Shown in pieces: positions 1-8,728 of a stretch of DNA of 44,549 nt. This DNA is from an uncultured Nitrospinaceae bacterium (GTDB lineage Bacteria > Desulfobacterota > Desulfobacteria > Desulfobacterales > UBA11574): the NCBI GenBank assembly GCA_964195835.1, contig CAXMTB010000006.1:1-44549 (forward strand), in the 5' to 3' direction. A program made the translations under genes and the position numbers. The first letter of the stretch is position 1, and each line of letters begins with the position of its first letter. The notes under the pieces were generated by a model that was not told where the DNA came from, did no database searches, and saw nothing but the letters and a program-made list of their open reading frames with translations.

Positions 1-299
1 GTTGGACTTTTGCAAATCTGCTCTTACCGTCCGTTTCCGCGGAGAGAAATTTACAATTCGCTTAAAGACAAAATGAACATTGTTGTGGTCGAAAAATCGA
101 TTTCCCTGGGAAGAGGCGGGATTCTGGCCAGCGATGTGCGCTGGTCTTTTCCCCGTGCCGAGAAAAAAGATCGTAATATCAGCAGCTTTATTGCAGGATT
201 GGGCGGCCGCAATATTACGAAGAACGACCTGCGATACATGGTGGAAAAGGTCGAGAAAGAACCGGTGGAATTGGAATTTTTAGGACTAAAAAAAGAATT
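1..299 (+). CDS. porA: 2-oxoacid (pyruvate-type):ferredoxin oxidoreductase alpha subunit, C-terminal fragment (5'-truncated by window; own stop codon apparently lost)
   Basis: Frame 1 reads VGLLQICSYRPFP...VVVEKSISLG...FIAGLGGRNI, typical of the PorA C-terminal domain. Similarity ends near LGLKKELI (~300); the frame then runs on out of frame over porB sequence to 447. Confidence 0.75.
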
Positions 300-1064
300 G
301 ATACCATTGCATGCGTTGCCACGGGCTGTCTGGAAGTTTTCAGTTCACCCTATCCTGATCCGTCCTGGCGCATTCCGTTTTTGCACAGCCTTTTTGAAAA
401 TGCATCAGCGGTTGCCTCCGGCGTGGAAGCCGCTTACAAAGCCTTGAAGAAAGGGCCGGTCAATATCATCGCCCAGGGGGGTGACGGCAGTACTGCCGAC
501 ATCGGATTTCAGAGTATCAGCGGCATGTTTGAAAGGGGCCACAACGTGCTCTATGTATGCTACGATAACGAAGCCTACATGAATACCGGAGTTCAGCGTT
601 CCAGCTTTACCCCTTACGGCGCCAGGACCAGTACAACACCCATGGGCAACAGAACAAGGAAAAAAAATATGCCGTTGATTGCAGCCGATCACGGTATTCC
701 CTATGTGGCTACTGCCACAGTCGATGATTTCAGAGACTTGCAGCGAAAGGTGAAGACCGCCCTTTCCATTGAAGGGCCCAAATACATCCACATCCTGGCA
801 CCCTGCCCCTTGGGCTGGGGCCATCACGGTGAACTCACCGTGCAGATCTGCCGGCTGGCGAAAGATACCGGTCTGTTTCCAATATATGAAATCATTGACG
901 GCAAGATGACCAATGCAAAAAAGATCCCGGTCAAGGTTCCGGTACAAGAGTATCTCAAATTGCAAGGTCGGTTCAGCCATCTGTTCAAGAAAGGCGGATC
1001 TAAGGAAATCATCGCCGAAATTCAAGAAATCGCCAACAAAAATATAGAGAGGTTTAACTTATAA
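300..1064 (+). pseudogene. porB: 2-oxoacid:ferredoxin oxidoreductase beta subunit (TPP-binding), N-terminus missing
   Basis: Frame 3 from 300 reads DTIACVATGCLEVFSSPYP...HSLFENA...GGDGSTADIG...YDNEAYMNTG...APCPLGW. No start codon/RBS or N-terminal CxGCG motif is found upstream in frame. The ORF-track start at 381 (TTG) is internal. Confidence 0.75.
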
Positions 1065-2716
1065 TGGAAAAGCTGCCTTTAGGATTAGTCCTGGATTTAC
1101 GCAAAGTCGTTCCTTATAAAACAGGTTCATGGCGAACTCTCATGCCCATCAATATCACGCATACTCCGCCCTGCAACAACGCTTGCCCTGCCGGCAATGA
1201 CATCAGAGGTTTTCTAAGGGTCCTGGCGGAAAAGAAAGATTATGAGCAAGCGTGGCATGTTTTGACCCGCACCAACCCTTTCCCGGCAGTCTGCGGCAGA
1301 GTTTGCCCCCACCCCTGTGAAGCTGGATGTAATCGACGGGATTTTGACGAACCTCTGGCAATAAACTGTGCAGAGCGCGCTGTGGGTGATTACGGTCTGG
1401 AGAATAACCTGCAACACAAAAAACTTATCGATACAAGAAAAGAAAAAGTAGCGGTCATCGGCTCCGGTCCGGCCGGATTCTCCTGTGCCTTTCATTTGGC
1501 CAAAAGAGGATTTCAGGTGAAGATATTCGAAGCAAACAGCGAGCCCGGCGGTATGATGCGTTATGGTATTCCATCCTACCGGCAACCGAATTACATTTTG
1601 AAACAAGAAATTGATAATATTCTCCGCTTAGGCGTTGAATTGGAATGTAATGTCAAGGTCGGGGTCAACATACCCTTGGATCAATTGCGAAGTGAATATG
1701 ATGCTGTATTTTTAGGGCTGGGTGCCCAAAAAGGTGTGTCGATTGACATCCCGGGCAAAGACGCGGAAAATGTTTTTACCGGAGTGGAGTTTTTAAAACA
1801 GGTCAATACCGGTAAATGGGTAGAACTCGGCAACGATGTTGTGGTCATCGGCGGCGGCAATACCGCCATGGACTGTGCCCGGGTGGCCAAGCGTCTGGGG
1901 GCAAATGTGAGTATTGTTTACCGACGCACCCGAATGGAAATGCCTGCGATTACCGCCGAAATCGACGAAGCCATGGAAGAACGCATCATGTTTCGGTATC
2001 ACACCAACCCGGTTAAATTAGTGTTGGATGAAGGCCGGGTGGTCGGTCTTTTGTGTGTTCAAATGGAGCTAAGAGAGCCCGATGCCAGCGGTCGGGCCAG
2101 ACCGGTTCCCATTTCCGGATCAGAAGCCTTCATTCCCGCGGACACCGTCATTATGGCCACAGGCCAGGCCGTGGATTATGATGGCATCGAGATTCAGACC
2201 GTAGATAAAAACTGGATCTATACCAACGAATATCTGATGACCAGTACGGAAGGCGTTTTTGCCGGTGGTGATGCCGTGGCAGGTCTGGAAACGGTCTCTT
2301 TGGCCATTGGTCAGGGAATGCGTGCTGCTTCCGCAATTGAAGATTACATCGAAGGAAATAAAGAGAGCGAATTGTCACAACCGCCCGTGGTCTACTCAAG
2401 GGAATTGAACACCTATTACTATCAGCCGGTCAAGCGATATGAGAAGGAGGCCAGGTCGATCCATATGAGACTCAAGGGTTTCAAAGAGGTTTATCCGGCT
2501 TTTGACCAAGATGATATTATTGTCGAGGCGGACCGTTGCTTTAGCTGCGGGCTCTGTTTCGATTGCGGCAACTGCTATATGTATTGCCCTGACAATGCCG
2601 TTCAAAAGTCGAAGACCACCGGATTCTACGAATTTGACTTGGACTTCTGCAAGGGATGTGGCTTGTGTGCAAAAGAATGCCCTTGCCATTATATTCAAAT
2701 GACCCTGGAAAAGTGA
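1064..2716 (+). CDS. FAD/NAD(P)-binding Fe-S oxidoreductase (GltD/NfnB/DsrL-like core with PorD-like termini)
   Basis: N-terminal KTGSWRT; PPCNNACPAG and CGRVCPHPCE..C Fe-S motifs; GSGPAG and GGGNTA dinucleotide motifs; VYRRT; C-terminal CFSCGLCFDCGNC...CP and CKGCGLCAKECP. Coupled to porB by a TAATG overlap. Confidence 0.85.
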   Translation: MEKLPLGLVLDLRKVVPYKTGSWRTLMPINITHTPPCNNACPAGNDIRGFLRVLAEKKDYEQAWHVLTRTNPFPAVCGRVCPHPCEAGCNRRDFDEPLAINCAERAVGDYGLENNLQHKKLIDTRKEKVAVIGSGPAGFSCAFHLAKRGFQVKIFEANSEPGGMMRYGIPSYRQPNYILKQEIDNILRLGVELECNVKVGVNIPLDQLRSEYDAVFLGLGAQKGVSIDIPGKDAENVFTGVEFLKQVNTGKWVELGNDVVVIGGGNTAMDCARVAKRLGANVSIVYRRTRMEMPAITAEIDEAMEERIMFRYHTNPVKLVLDEGRVVGLLCVQMELREPDASGRARPVPISGSEAFIPADTVIMATGQAVDYDGIEIQTVDKNWIYTNEYLMTSTEGVFAGGDAVAGLETVSLAIGQGMRAASAIEDYIEGNKESELSQPPVVYSRELNTYYYQPVKRYEKEARSIHMRLKGFKEVYPAFDQDDIIVEADRCFSCGLCFDCGNCYMYCPDNAVQKSKTTGFYEFDLDFCKGCGLCAKECPCHYIQMTLEK

Positions 2717-2762
2717 TCCGGCTTTCGTGTAATAATTATAAAGCCTTAGCATCTAAACTTTT

Positions 2763-2793
2763 AAAAAGCCTTCCTCATTAGGAGGGCTTTTTT
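2763..2793 (+). terminator. Intrinsic terminator (possibly bidirectional)
   Basis: AAAAAGCCTTCCT-CATT-AGGAGGGCTTTTTT: hairpin with T-tract after the oxidoreductase operon. Confidence 0.8.
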
Positions 2794-2906
2794 GTTTAAA
2801 ACTCAGGTTCAAAGTTCCATGGTTCAAGGTTGATGGTTTCGTATAAAGTCAGTTTTGCTCGCTCAGTGAACCTGACAACCTGAATAGTTACCAAAGGAGA
2901 ATAACA

Positions 2907-4520
2907 ATGGTAGAATTCACATATCAGGATATGTTTCCTTTGGGAAATGATACGACAGATTATCGTCGATTAACCGATGACCATGTTTCTTTAGATTCTT
3001 TTAAGGGTACCGAGATACTAACCATCACCCCGGAAGGATTAACCCTTCTGGCTGAACATGCGTTTAAGGATGTTTCCCATCTGCTGAGACCTTCACATCT
3101 GTCGCTCTTGGCAAAAATTCTCAATGATCCTGAAAGCTCCGATAATGACCGGTACGTGGCCCTTGAAATGCTGAAAAATGCGGTCATTTCCGCAGATGGT
3201 ATATTCCCCATGTGCCAGGATACCGGCACAGCCATCGTAATGGGGAAAAAGGGCCAACAGATCTGGACCGGTTTTTGTGACGAAGAAGCGCTTTCAAGAG
3301 GCATCTTCAATGCCTATACAACCCACAATTTGCGTTACTCACAGAATGCGCCCTTGACCATGTATGATGAGGTCAATACTGCGTCCAATCTTCCTGCACA
3401 GATTGATATTTATGCCGTTGAAGGCAGCACCTACCATTTTCTTTTCATAGCCAAGGGCGGCGGATCTGCCAACAAGACATATCTTTATCAGGAGACCAAA
3501 GCGACGTTGACCCCGGAAAAGCTGGCTACGTTTATGAAAAAAAAGATGAAAACCCTGGGTACAGCCGCCTGTCCACCCTATCATCTTGCATTTGTCGTAG
3601 GCGGAACATCTGCTGAACTCAACCTTAAAACCGTCAAATTGGCCTCGGCAGGATATCTGGATCATCTCCCAACTACTGGAAATCGATGGGGTCATGCATT
3701 CCGGGATATGAAGCTCGAAACAGAACTGCTTGAGATATCCCAAAAACTCGGTATCGGTGCCCAGTTCGGCGGAAAATATTTCTGTCATGATGTTCGGGTC
3801 ATTCGGCTTCCAAGACACGGTGCATCTTGTCCCATCGGCCTTGGCGTCAGCTGCAGTGCAGACCGGAATATCAAAGGAAAAATCACAAAACAAGGACTCT
3901 ATTTAGAACGTCTTGAGACCGATCCGGCAAGGTATCTCCCGGAACCCGCAGATGCGGATACAGAAGCTGTTCGCATCGACCTAAACCGGCCAATGGATAA
4001 AATCCGGGCAGAATTGAGTCAATATCCGGTGGCAACCCGTCTGATGCTGACGGGAAAAATTGTCGTGGCCCGGGACATCGCCCATGCCAAACTTAAAGAA
4101 CGACTTGACAAAGGTGAAGGCCTTCCGGAATATTTCAAAAATCACATGGTATATTATGCCGGTCCGGCAAAAACACCGGCTGGATATCCTTCAGGATCTT
4201 TCGGCCCCACCACTGCCGGCCGCATGGATCCTTATGTTCCCATTTTTCAGAAAGAAGGCGCTTCCATGGCCATGCTGGCCAAGGGAAATCGTTCGAAAGA
4301 AGTTACGCAATCGTGTAAAAAGTTCGGCGGATTCTATTTGGGTTCCATCGGCGGGCCTGCGGCACGTCTGGGTAAAGATTGTATAACAAATATCGAAACG
4401 TTAGAGTATGCCAATCTTGGAATGGAAGCGATCTTTCTGATTACCGTCAAAGATTTTCCGGCCTTTATTATCGTAGACGACAAGGGGAACGATTTTTTTG
4501 AAAAGCTGCTGGGTGAGTAA
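2907..4520 (+). CDS. Class I (Fe-S) fumarate hydratase, FumA/FumB family
   Basis: [49 protein letters not shown] motifs; SD AAGGAG upstream. Confidence 0.95.
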   Translation: MVEFTYQDMFPLGNDTTDYRRLTDDHVSLDSFKGTEILTITPEGLTLLAEHAFKDVSHLLRPSHLSLLAKILNDPESSDNDRYVALEMLKNAVISADGIFPMCQDTGTAIVMGKKGQQIWTGFCDEEALSRGIFNAYTTHNLRYSQNAPLTMYDEVNTASNLPAQIDIYAVEGSTYHFLFIAKGGGSANKTYLYQETKATLTPEKLATFMKKKMKTLGTAACPPYHLAFVVGGTSAELNLKTVKLASAGYLDHLPTTGNRWGHAFRDMKLETELLEISQKLGIGAQFGGKYFCHDVRVIRLPRHGASCPIGLGVSCSADRNIKGKITKQGLYLERLETDPARYLPEPADADTEAVRIDLNRPMDKIRAELSQYPVATRLMLTGKIVVARDIAHAKLKERLDKGEGLPEYFKNHMVYYAGPAKTPAGYPSGSFGPTTAGRMDPYVPIFQKEGASMAMLAKGNRSKEVTQSCKKFGGFYLGSIGGPAARLGKDCITNIETLEYANLGMEAIFLITVKDFPAFIIVDDKGNDFFEKLLGE

Positions 4521-4637
4521 TCGTTCTTTGAATAAGATAATTGAGCCCTCGGAGTGTTTTTCTGAATAGCCGCTTCATGGATTTAGAAGTAAAACTCCCC
4601 AACCCCTCAGATAATTTGAATAAGATAAAATGTTACC

Positions 4638-5336
4638 TTGATTAAAATGATCTCAAACGTTTCAAAAACTAAACAAGAAACCAAAGTGAGAGAATGTATC
4701 CGATGCGGCACCTGCTGCAAAAAAGGCGGGCCGTCTTTTCACCTTGAAGATAAGATTTTGATTGATAAAGGTATTATTCCGTCAAAGTATATCTATACCA
4801 TCAGAAAAGGTGAACGTTCTTATGACAATGTTAAAGAATGTTTTTTGCCGGCATCTTCAGATATTCTAAAGCTAAAGGGACAAAAAGGTTCATGGACCTG
4901 TGTTTTTTTTAACGAAACAAATAGCAATTGTACAATATATGAGCATAGACCCATAGAGTGCAAAGTCCTTAAATGCTGGGATACTATAGAAATTGAAAAG
5001 ATTTATGCAAAAAACCGATTGACACGACAAGATCTTATTTCATCCGTTGAAGGATTATGGGAACTTGTTGAGGGTCACCAAGAGCGATGTTCATATGACA
5101 TGCTCAAATTTTTTATTGATTTTTTGAACAAAGGTAAAAAGGACGAAGCACTTAAAGGCATACTGGAGATTATCCAGCATGATATTAAAATTAGAGAACT
5201 GGTGGTGGAGAAAGCAGGCCTTGAAACTGATTTGACAGATTTTCTGTTCGGCCGCCCCATTACAGAAACCATAAAGATTTACGGCCTAAAAATTAAAGAG
5301 GAAGAAGGTAAGTATATTCTCACTCCAATGAGTTAA
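4638..5336 (+). CDS. YkgJ-family (CxxCxxCC) cysteine-cluster protein
   Basis: CIRCGTCC, CVFF, CTIYEHRPIEC motifs. Start may be ATG at 4647. Confidence 0.8.
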   Translation: MIKMISNVSKTKQETKVRECIRCGTCCKKGGPSFHLEDKILIDKGIIPSKYIYTIRKGERSYDNVKECFLPASSDILKLKGQKGSWTCVFFNETNSNCTIYEHRPIECKVLKCWDTIEIEKIYAKNRLTRQDLISSVEGLWELVEGHQERCSYDMLKFFIDFLNKGKKDEALKGILEIIQHDIKIRELVVEKAGLETDLTDFLFGRPITETIKIYGLKIKEEEGKYILTPMS

Positions 5337-5445
5337 ACAGATTTTCATTTGAAGCCTTAATTTAAGCAACGCCAATAAAGTGTAGCAGGCCGGGAAAAAT
5401 TTTTAATGTAAAATCATAATTTTGGTGCAAAACTTGAGTTTTCTT

Positions 5446-5473
5446 TAAAGTTCTCACAAAAAGTGTCCGATAT
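5446..5473 (+). promoter_or_regulatory. Putative sigma28 (FliA/SigD) promoter
   Basis: TAAA(GTT) at 5446, 16-nt spacer, TCCGATAT at 5466-5473 (consensus TAAA-N15/16-GCCGATAW), just upstream of the riboswitch and a flagellar-type gene. Confidence 0.65.
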
Positions 5474-5482
5474 AATAAGAGG

Positions 5483-5577
5483 TTGAATAAAGGCAAACCA
5501 TCCGAAAGGGTGGGACGCAAAGCCACTGGCCTAAATCCTAAAATTAAGATCCAGAGGATATGGCGGCAGGGTTGCCT
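5483..5577 (+). ncRNA. c-di-GMP-I (GEMM-I) riboswitch
   Basis: GGCAAACCATCC-GAAA-GGGTGGGACGCAAAGCCACTGGCCTAA...ATGGCGGCAGGGTTGCC matches the GEMM-I consensus (GAAA tetraloop, CTAA/ATGG receptor). G20-equivalent at 5492, C92-equivalent at 5575. Confidence 0.93.
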
Positions 5578-5688
5578 GACTGATTTGAGCCACCCGCCTT
5601 GTATGTCAATACAACACCGCCTTATTACAAATCCTCTGTTCATCATATTATTTTTTTTGGGGAACTATTTAAATAAGGAGGAAAATCA

Positions 5689-6042
5689 ATGACTTTTTCA
5701 ATTCAAAGCACGCTTTCAGCAGTAAAGGCGTTTGGTGAAAAAATGGGGGTTACTGCCAACAATATTGCAAACGTGGAGACAGAAGGATTCAAAAAAAGCC
5801 GGGCAACATTGGTTGAAGGTCCAAGAGAGAATGTTGCGGTAGAAATAACGCAATCGGATACTCCGGGCCCTATCGTTGTTGATGTAACCGATGGTCAATT
5901 TACGGAAAGAGAAATGTCCAATGTGGATCTGGCGGAAGAGATCCCACAAACGATCATTGCGCAAAGGAATTATGAGGCAAATCTTGCAACATTAAGGACC
6001 CAGGATGAAATGTTGAAGTCTATCATTGATATCATCAAGTAA
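5689..6042 (+). CDS. Small flagellar basal-body rod/hook-family protein (N- and C-terminal rod motifs only)
   Basis: ANNIANVETEGFK and SNVDLAEE...AQRNYEANL motifs; SD AAGGAGG. Confidence 0.85.
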   Translation: MTFSIQSTLSAVKAFGEKMGVTANNIANVETEGFKKSRATLVEGPRENVAVEITQSDTPGPIVVDVTDGQFTEREMSNVDLAEEIPQTIIAQRNYEANLATLRTQDEMLKSIIDIIK

Positions 6043-6120
6043 ATAGTCCGGGGCTAAAAGACCCGGGCATAATATAACCCTGGAAGGGGCTGTTTTACTT
6101 AAAGCCATATAAGTTAAAAG

Positions 6121-6266
6121 TGTCTAAAGTGATCTAAGGTGCCTAAAGTTATGGAGTCACTTCGCTCTCTCCGAGCTGTAGGCTCTACCCTCCGGCCTGT
6201 AAGCCCTACGGGCTGGAAGCGGAGCCGGAAGCCGCTAATTGTATATAATTGGCAGAATTCCTTAAC
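6121..6266. repeat. Nested palindromic REP-like intergenic element
   Basis: Three degenerate CTAARGT units (6121-6150); outer arms GTTATGGAGT/ATTCCTTAAC; GTAG/CTAC-containing palindrome 6169-6233 with a similar hairpin TCCGGCCTGTA-AGCCC-TACGGGCTGGA inside it (6189-6219). Confidence 0.6.
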
Positions 6267-6513
6267 CCTGGCCCAGACCGATCACCAATACTTTATACTA
6301 AAAAAGTCATGTTTGTATCGATATGTAAGTCAGATCAATATGTTAACGATTCGCACCAGGGCGGGCTTTGGCTCACCTTAAACTCTTGTCCGCCGATGCA
6401 GTTTGGCGGATTAGTTCACTTCAAACTCTTCAAGAAATTTTTCAGGCAGAGACATAACTCTATGACCCGGCACAGAGGACCAGGTTTTTTATGACTAAAT
6501 AAAGTTTTACCAT

Positions 6514-7119
6514 TTACTGATTTTGCATACCCGGCATCATTGGCATCGACATCTTTTGGTACCCGGAGGGGATATTAAAAAAGGAGTCAGGCGTCGTTTT
6601 TTCTTGGATGTTCCGGTATTCCATAACCATGTGGCCGGATGGCCCATCCATTTCCATTTTAACAGGAAAATTTAGCTCTTCTGAAATCCAGTATGTTGCG
6701 GTACCAATGGACGGATCATTGAACGTATAATGATATTTTGAACACATCTGTCCGTTGACCTTTTCTTTGCCAATAAATTTCTTCTTCCCCATCTTTTCCA
6801 GTTCATCAGGATCAACAGGTACCATATTTTTCTGACTGCCCGCCGACATTTCCATATACATCATTTGCCCGGGCATAAGAATCCAGGCAACTCCTTTATC
6901 TTTCCTGAAAATCGTTATTTGTTTTTCGCCTCCGATGTTCAATTCCTGTCTGAGGTTGTCCCCTGTAAGAAACATCTTTCCTTTAAAGCTTCCCATGGGC
7001 GATGTATGAATCATGTCTGCGGTAATATCCGCAGCATTCCCCGACACCGAAAGAACCATTACAGTTATCAATAAGATGGCGACAAACAGTCCGAGCCGTG
7101 ACATAAGCCGTTTTATCAT
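6514..7119 (-). CDS. Secreted/periplasmic protein, DUF4412/lipoprotein-sorting-like
   Basis: Signal peptide (MIKRLMSRLGLFVAILLITVMVL...A); GKEKVNGQMCSKY, YWIS...FPVKM and FNIPSGY motifs; SD GGGAGG. Confidence 0.7.
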   Translation of the reverse strand: MIKRLMSRLGLFVAILLITVMVLSVSGNAADITADMIHTSPMGSFKGKMFLTGDNLRQELNIGGEKQITIFRKDKGVAWILMPGQMMYMEMSAGSQKNMVPVDPDELEKMGKKKFIGKEKVNGQMCSKYHYTFNDPSIGTATYWISEELNFPVKMEMDGPSGHMVMEYRNIQEKTTPDSFFNIPSGYQKMSMPMMPGMQNQ

Positions 7120-7269
7120 GCTTCCCCCTCCCCCTTATCCATTTTGAAAAAATCATACCAAACTTTTTGAGAAAATACAATTTTTTCAATTGGTAAATGC
7201 AAGTTCCTGGCAAACAATACCGTCTTCCAGCATGGTTTTTTCTTTTTCAAAATCTAAAAAAAGTTCCTC

Positions 7270-7298
7270 TTGCAAAAATAGTTACAGCCCGTTATAAA
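7270..7298 (+). promoter_or_regulatory. Putative sigma70 promoter for the EAL-HDOD gene
   Basis: TTGCAA-N17-TATAAA. Confidence 0.4.
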
Positions 7299-7423
7299 CC
7301 TACAAAAGAAACTGGATACATCTTATTGTTGATCTGGAATACCCTGACATAAATTTTGAGAGACACAATTTGACAGGGTAAATGCAAATGACAATATCTC
7401 ATCTCTCTTGAAAATGAACATCT

Positions 7424-8632
7424 ATGGAAGTATATGTAGCAAGACAGCCTATTTTTAATAAGAATAAAAAGTTGTATGGATATGAACTTCTTTTTCGTGA
7501 TGGGTTGTCGAATGCCTTTCCGGATATTGATGGTGATACAGCCACCTCCCAACTCCTATCCAACAGTTTCTTCAGCATCGGCATGAACCAGCTCACATCT
7601 GGTAAAACAGCCTTTATCAACTTTCCTCAAAGTCTATTGTTAAAAAAAATTCCCATGATGTTTCCCTCAGAAAAAATGATAGTGGAAATCCTGGAAGATG
7701 TTGACCCCAATGAACAGGTTGTCAATGCCTGTACTGATATTGCAGAGGCAGGATATTCACTTGCATTGGATGACTTTGTTTTTAAAAACGAATTGCAGCC
7801 CTTAATCGAGCTTGCAGACATTATTAAAATTGATTTCATGCTGACCCCCATTGATGAAATTCAGAAAATGGTGGACCGGTTTAAAGGCAATAATATCAAT
7901 TTACTTGCCGAAAAAATTGCGACATACCAAGAATTTGAAAATGCTCTATCAATGGGGTTTATGTATTATCAGGGATATTTTTTCAGTAAACCGGAAATCA
8001 TTTCAGGCAAAGAAATCGCCCCCTCCAAGATCACCCTGTTGCAAATCGTGGCTGAGGCAAATAAGATCAATTGCAGTTTTGAGAAAATCGAGAAACTCAT
8101 TAACAGGGATGTGTCAATTTCCTACAAACTATTGCGCTATATCAATTCCGCCTTCTTTAAACGCGCTTGTGAAATCTCTACCATTAAACACGCCATCGTT
8201 TTATTGGGAGAGATGGAGATCAAGCGGTTTATCTCCATGGTTGCCACTGCAGAGCTGGCTTCGGACAAACCTGACGAGCTTGTTCGTACGTCGATTACTA
8301 GAGCCAGATTTTGTGAACTTTTGGGTATGCACTCACAGAACGGAGCAGATATTTCTGAACTTTTTCTCATGGGTCTATTTTCCCTTATCGATGCGATGCT
8401 CGATAATAAAATGGAAGATATAATGTTAACCCTCCCATTATCGAAAAACATCAAACAGGCACTTTTGGAGGAAAAGGGCAATCTGGCAGATTATTTAAAA
8501 CTGGTTTCCAGCTATGAGTCGGCAAATTGGAAGACATTTTCTTCAATCATTTCCAAAATCAATATCAACGAGAAAAAGATTCCTGAATTCTATCAGGATG
8601 CCGTGAAATGGGCGGACTCGTATTTAGTCTGA
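7424..8632 (+). CDS. EAL + HDOD domain protein (YuxH/PdeH-like c-di-GMP phosphodiesterase family)
   Basis: ARQPI, YELLFR, FINF, VEILE, ALDDF, IKID, LAEK, QGYFFSKP, then an HDOD region (SYKLLRYINS, FLMGLFSLIDAML). Confidence 0.9.
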   Translation: MEVYVARQPIFNKNKKLYGYELLFRDGLSNAFPDIDGDTATSQLLSNSFFSIGMNQLTSGKTAFINFPQSLLLKKIPMMFPSEKMIVEILEDVDPNEQVVNACTDIAEAGYSLALDDFVFKNELQPLIELADIIKIDFMLTPIDEIQKMVDRFKGNNINLLAEKIATYQEFENALSMGFMYYQGYFFSKPEIISGKEIAPSKITLLQIVAEANKINCSFEKIEKLINRDVSISYKLLRYINSAFFKRACEISTIKHAIVLLGEMEIKRFISMVATAELASDKPDELVRTSITRARFCELLGMHSQNGADISELFLMGLFSLIDAMLDNKMEDIMLTLPLSKNIKQALLEEKGNLADYLKLVSSYESANWKTFSSIISKININEKKIPEFYQDAVKWADSYLV

Positions 8633-8639
8633 TTTTTTT

Positions 8640-8720
8640 CCTGAATCTTGCACGGGCCGGAGGCTTTCATATGCTCCGATAGCGGGATTTCCGCTTCGCT
8701 CCAACAAGGCAAGATTCAGG
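8640..8720. repeat. 81-bp palindromic element between convergent genes
   Basis: Perfect 12-bp inverted repeat CCTGAATCTTGC / GCAAGATTCAGG enclosing small hairpins (CGGAG..CTCCG, AGCGG..CCGCT). Confidence 0.6.
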
Positions 8721-8728
8721 TTTTATCT

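Noticed and set aside
300-447. Genuine C-terminal extension of PorA or programmed frameshift fusion
   Set aside because: The extension is out-of-frame porB sequence, and a frameshift would not restore the missing PorB N-terminal Cys motif.
6046-6068. Terminator after the flagellar-rod gene
   Set aside because: Hairpin GTCCGGG...CCCGGGC is present but has no U-tract.
6139-6494. Short ORFs 6139-6381 and 6249-6494
   Set aside because: They run through palindromic repeat DNA, with no clear RBS or recognisable domain.
7195-7215. Sigma54 promoter upstream of the DUF4412-like gene
   Set aside because: Minus-strand TTGCCAGGAACTTGCA lacks the invariant GG and the GG-N10-GC spacing.
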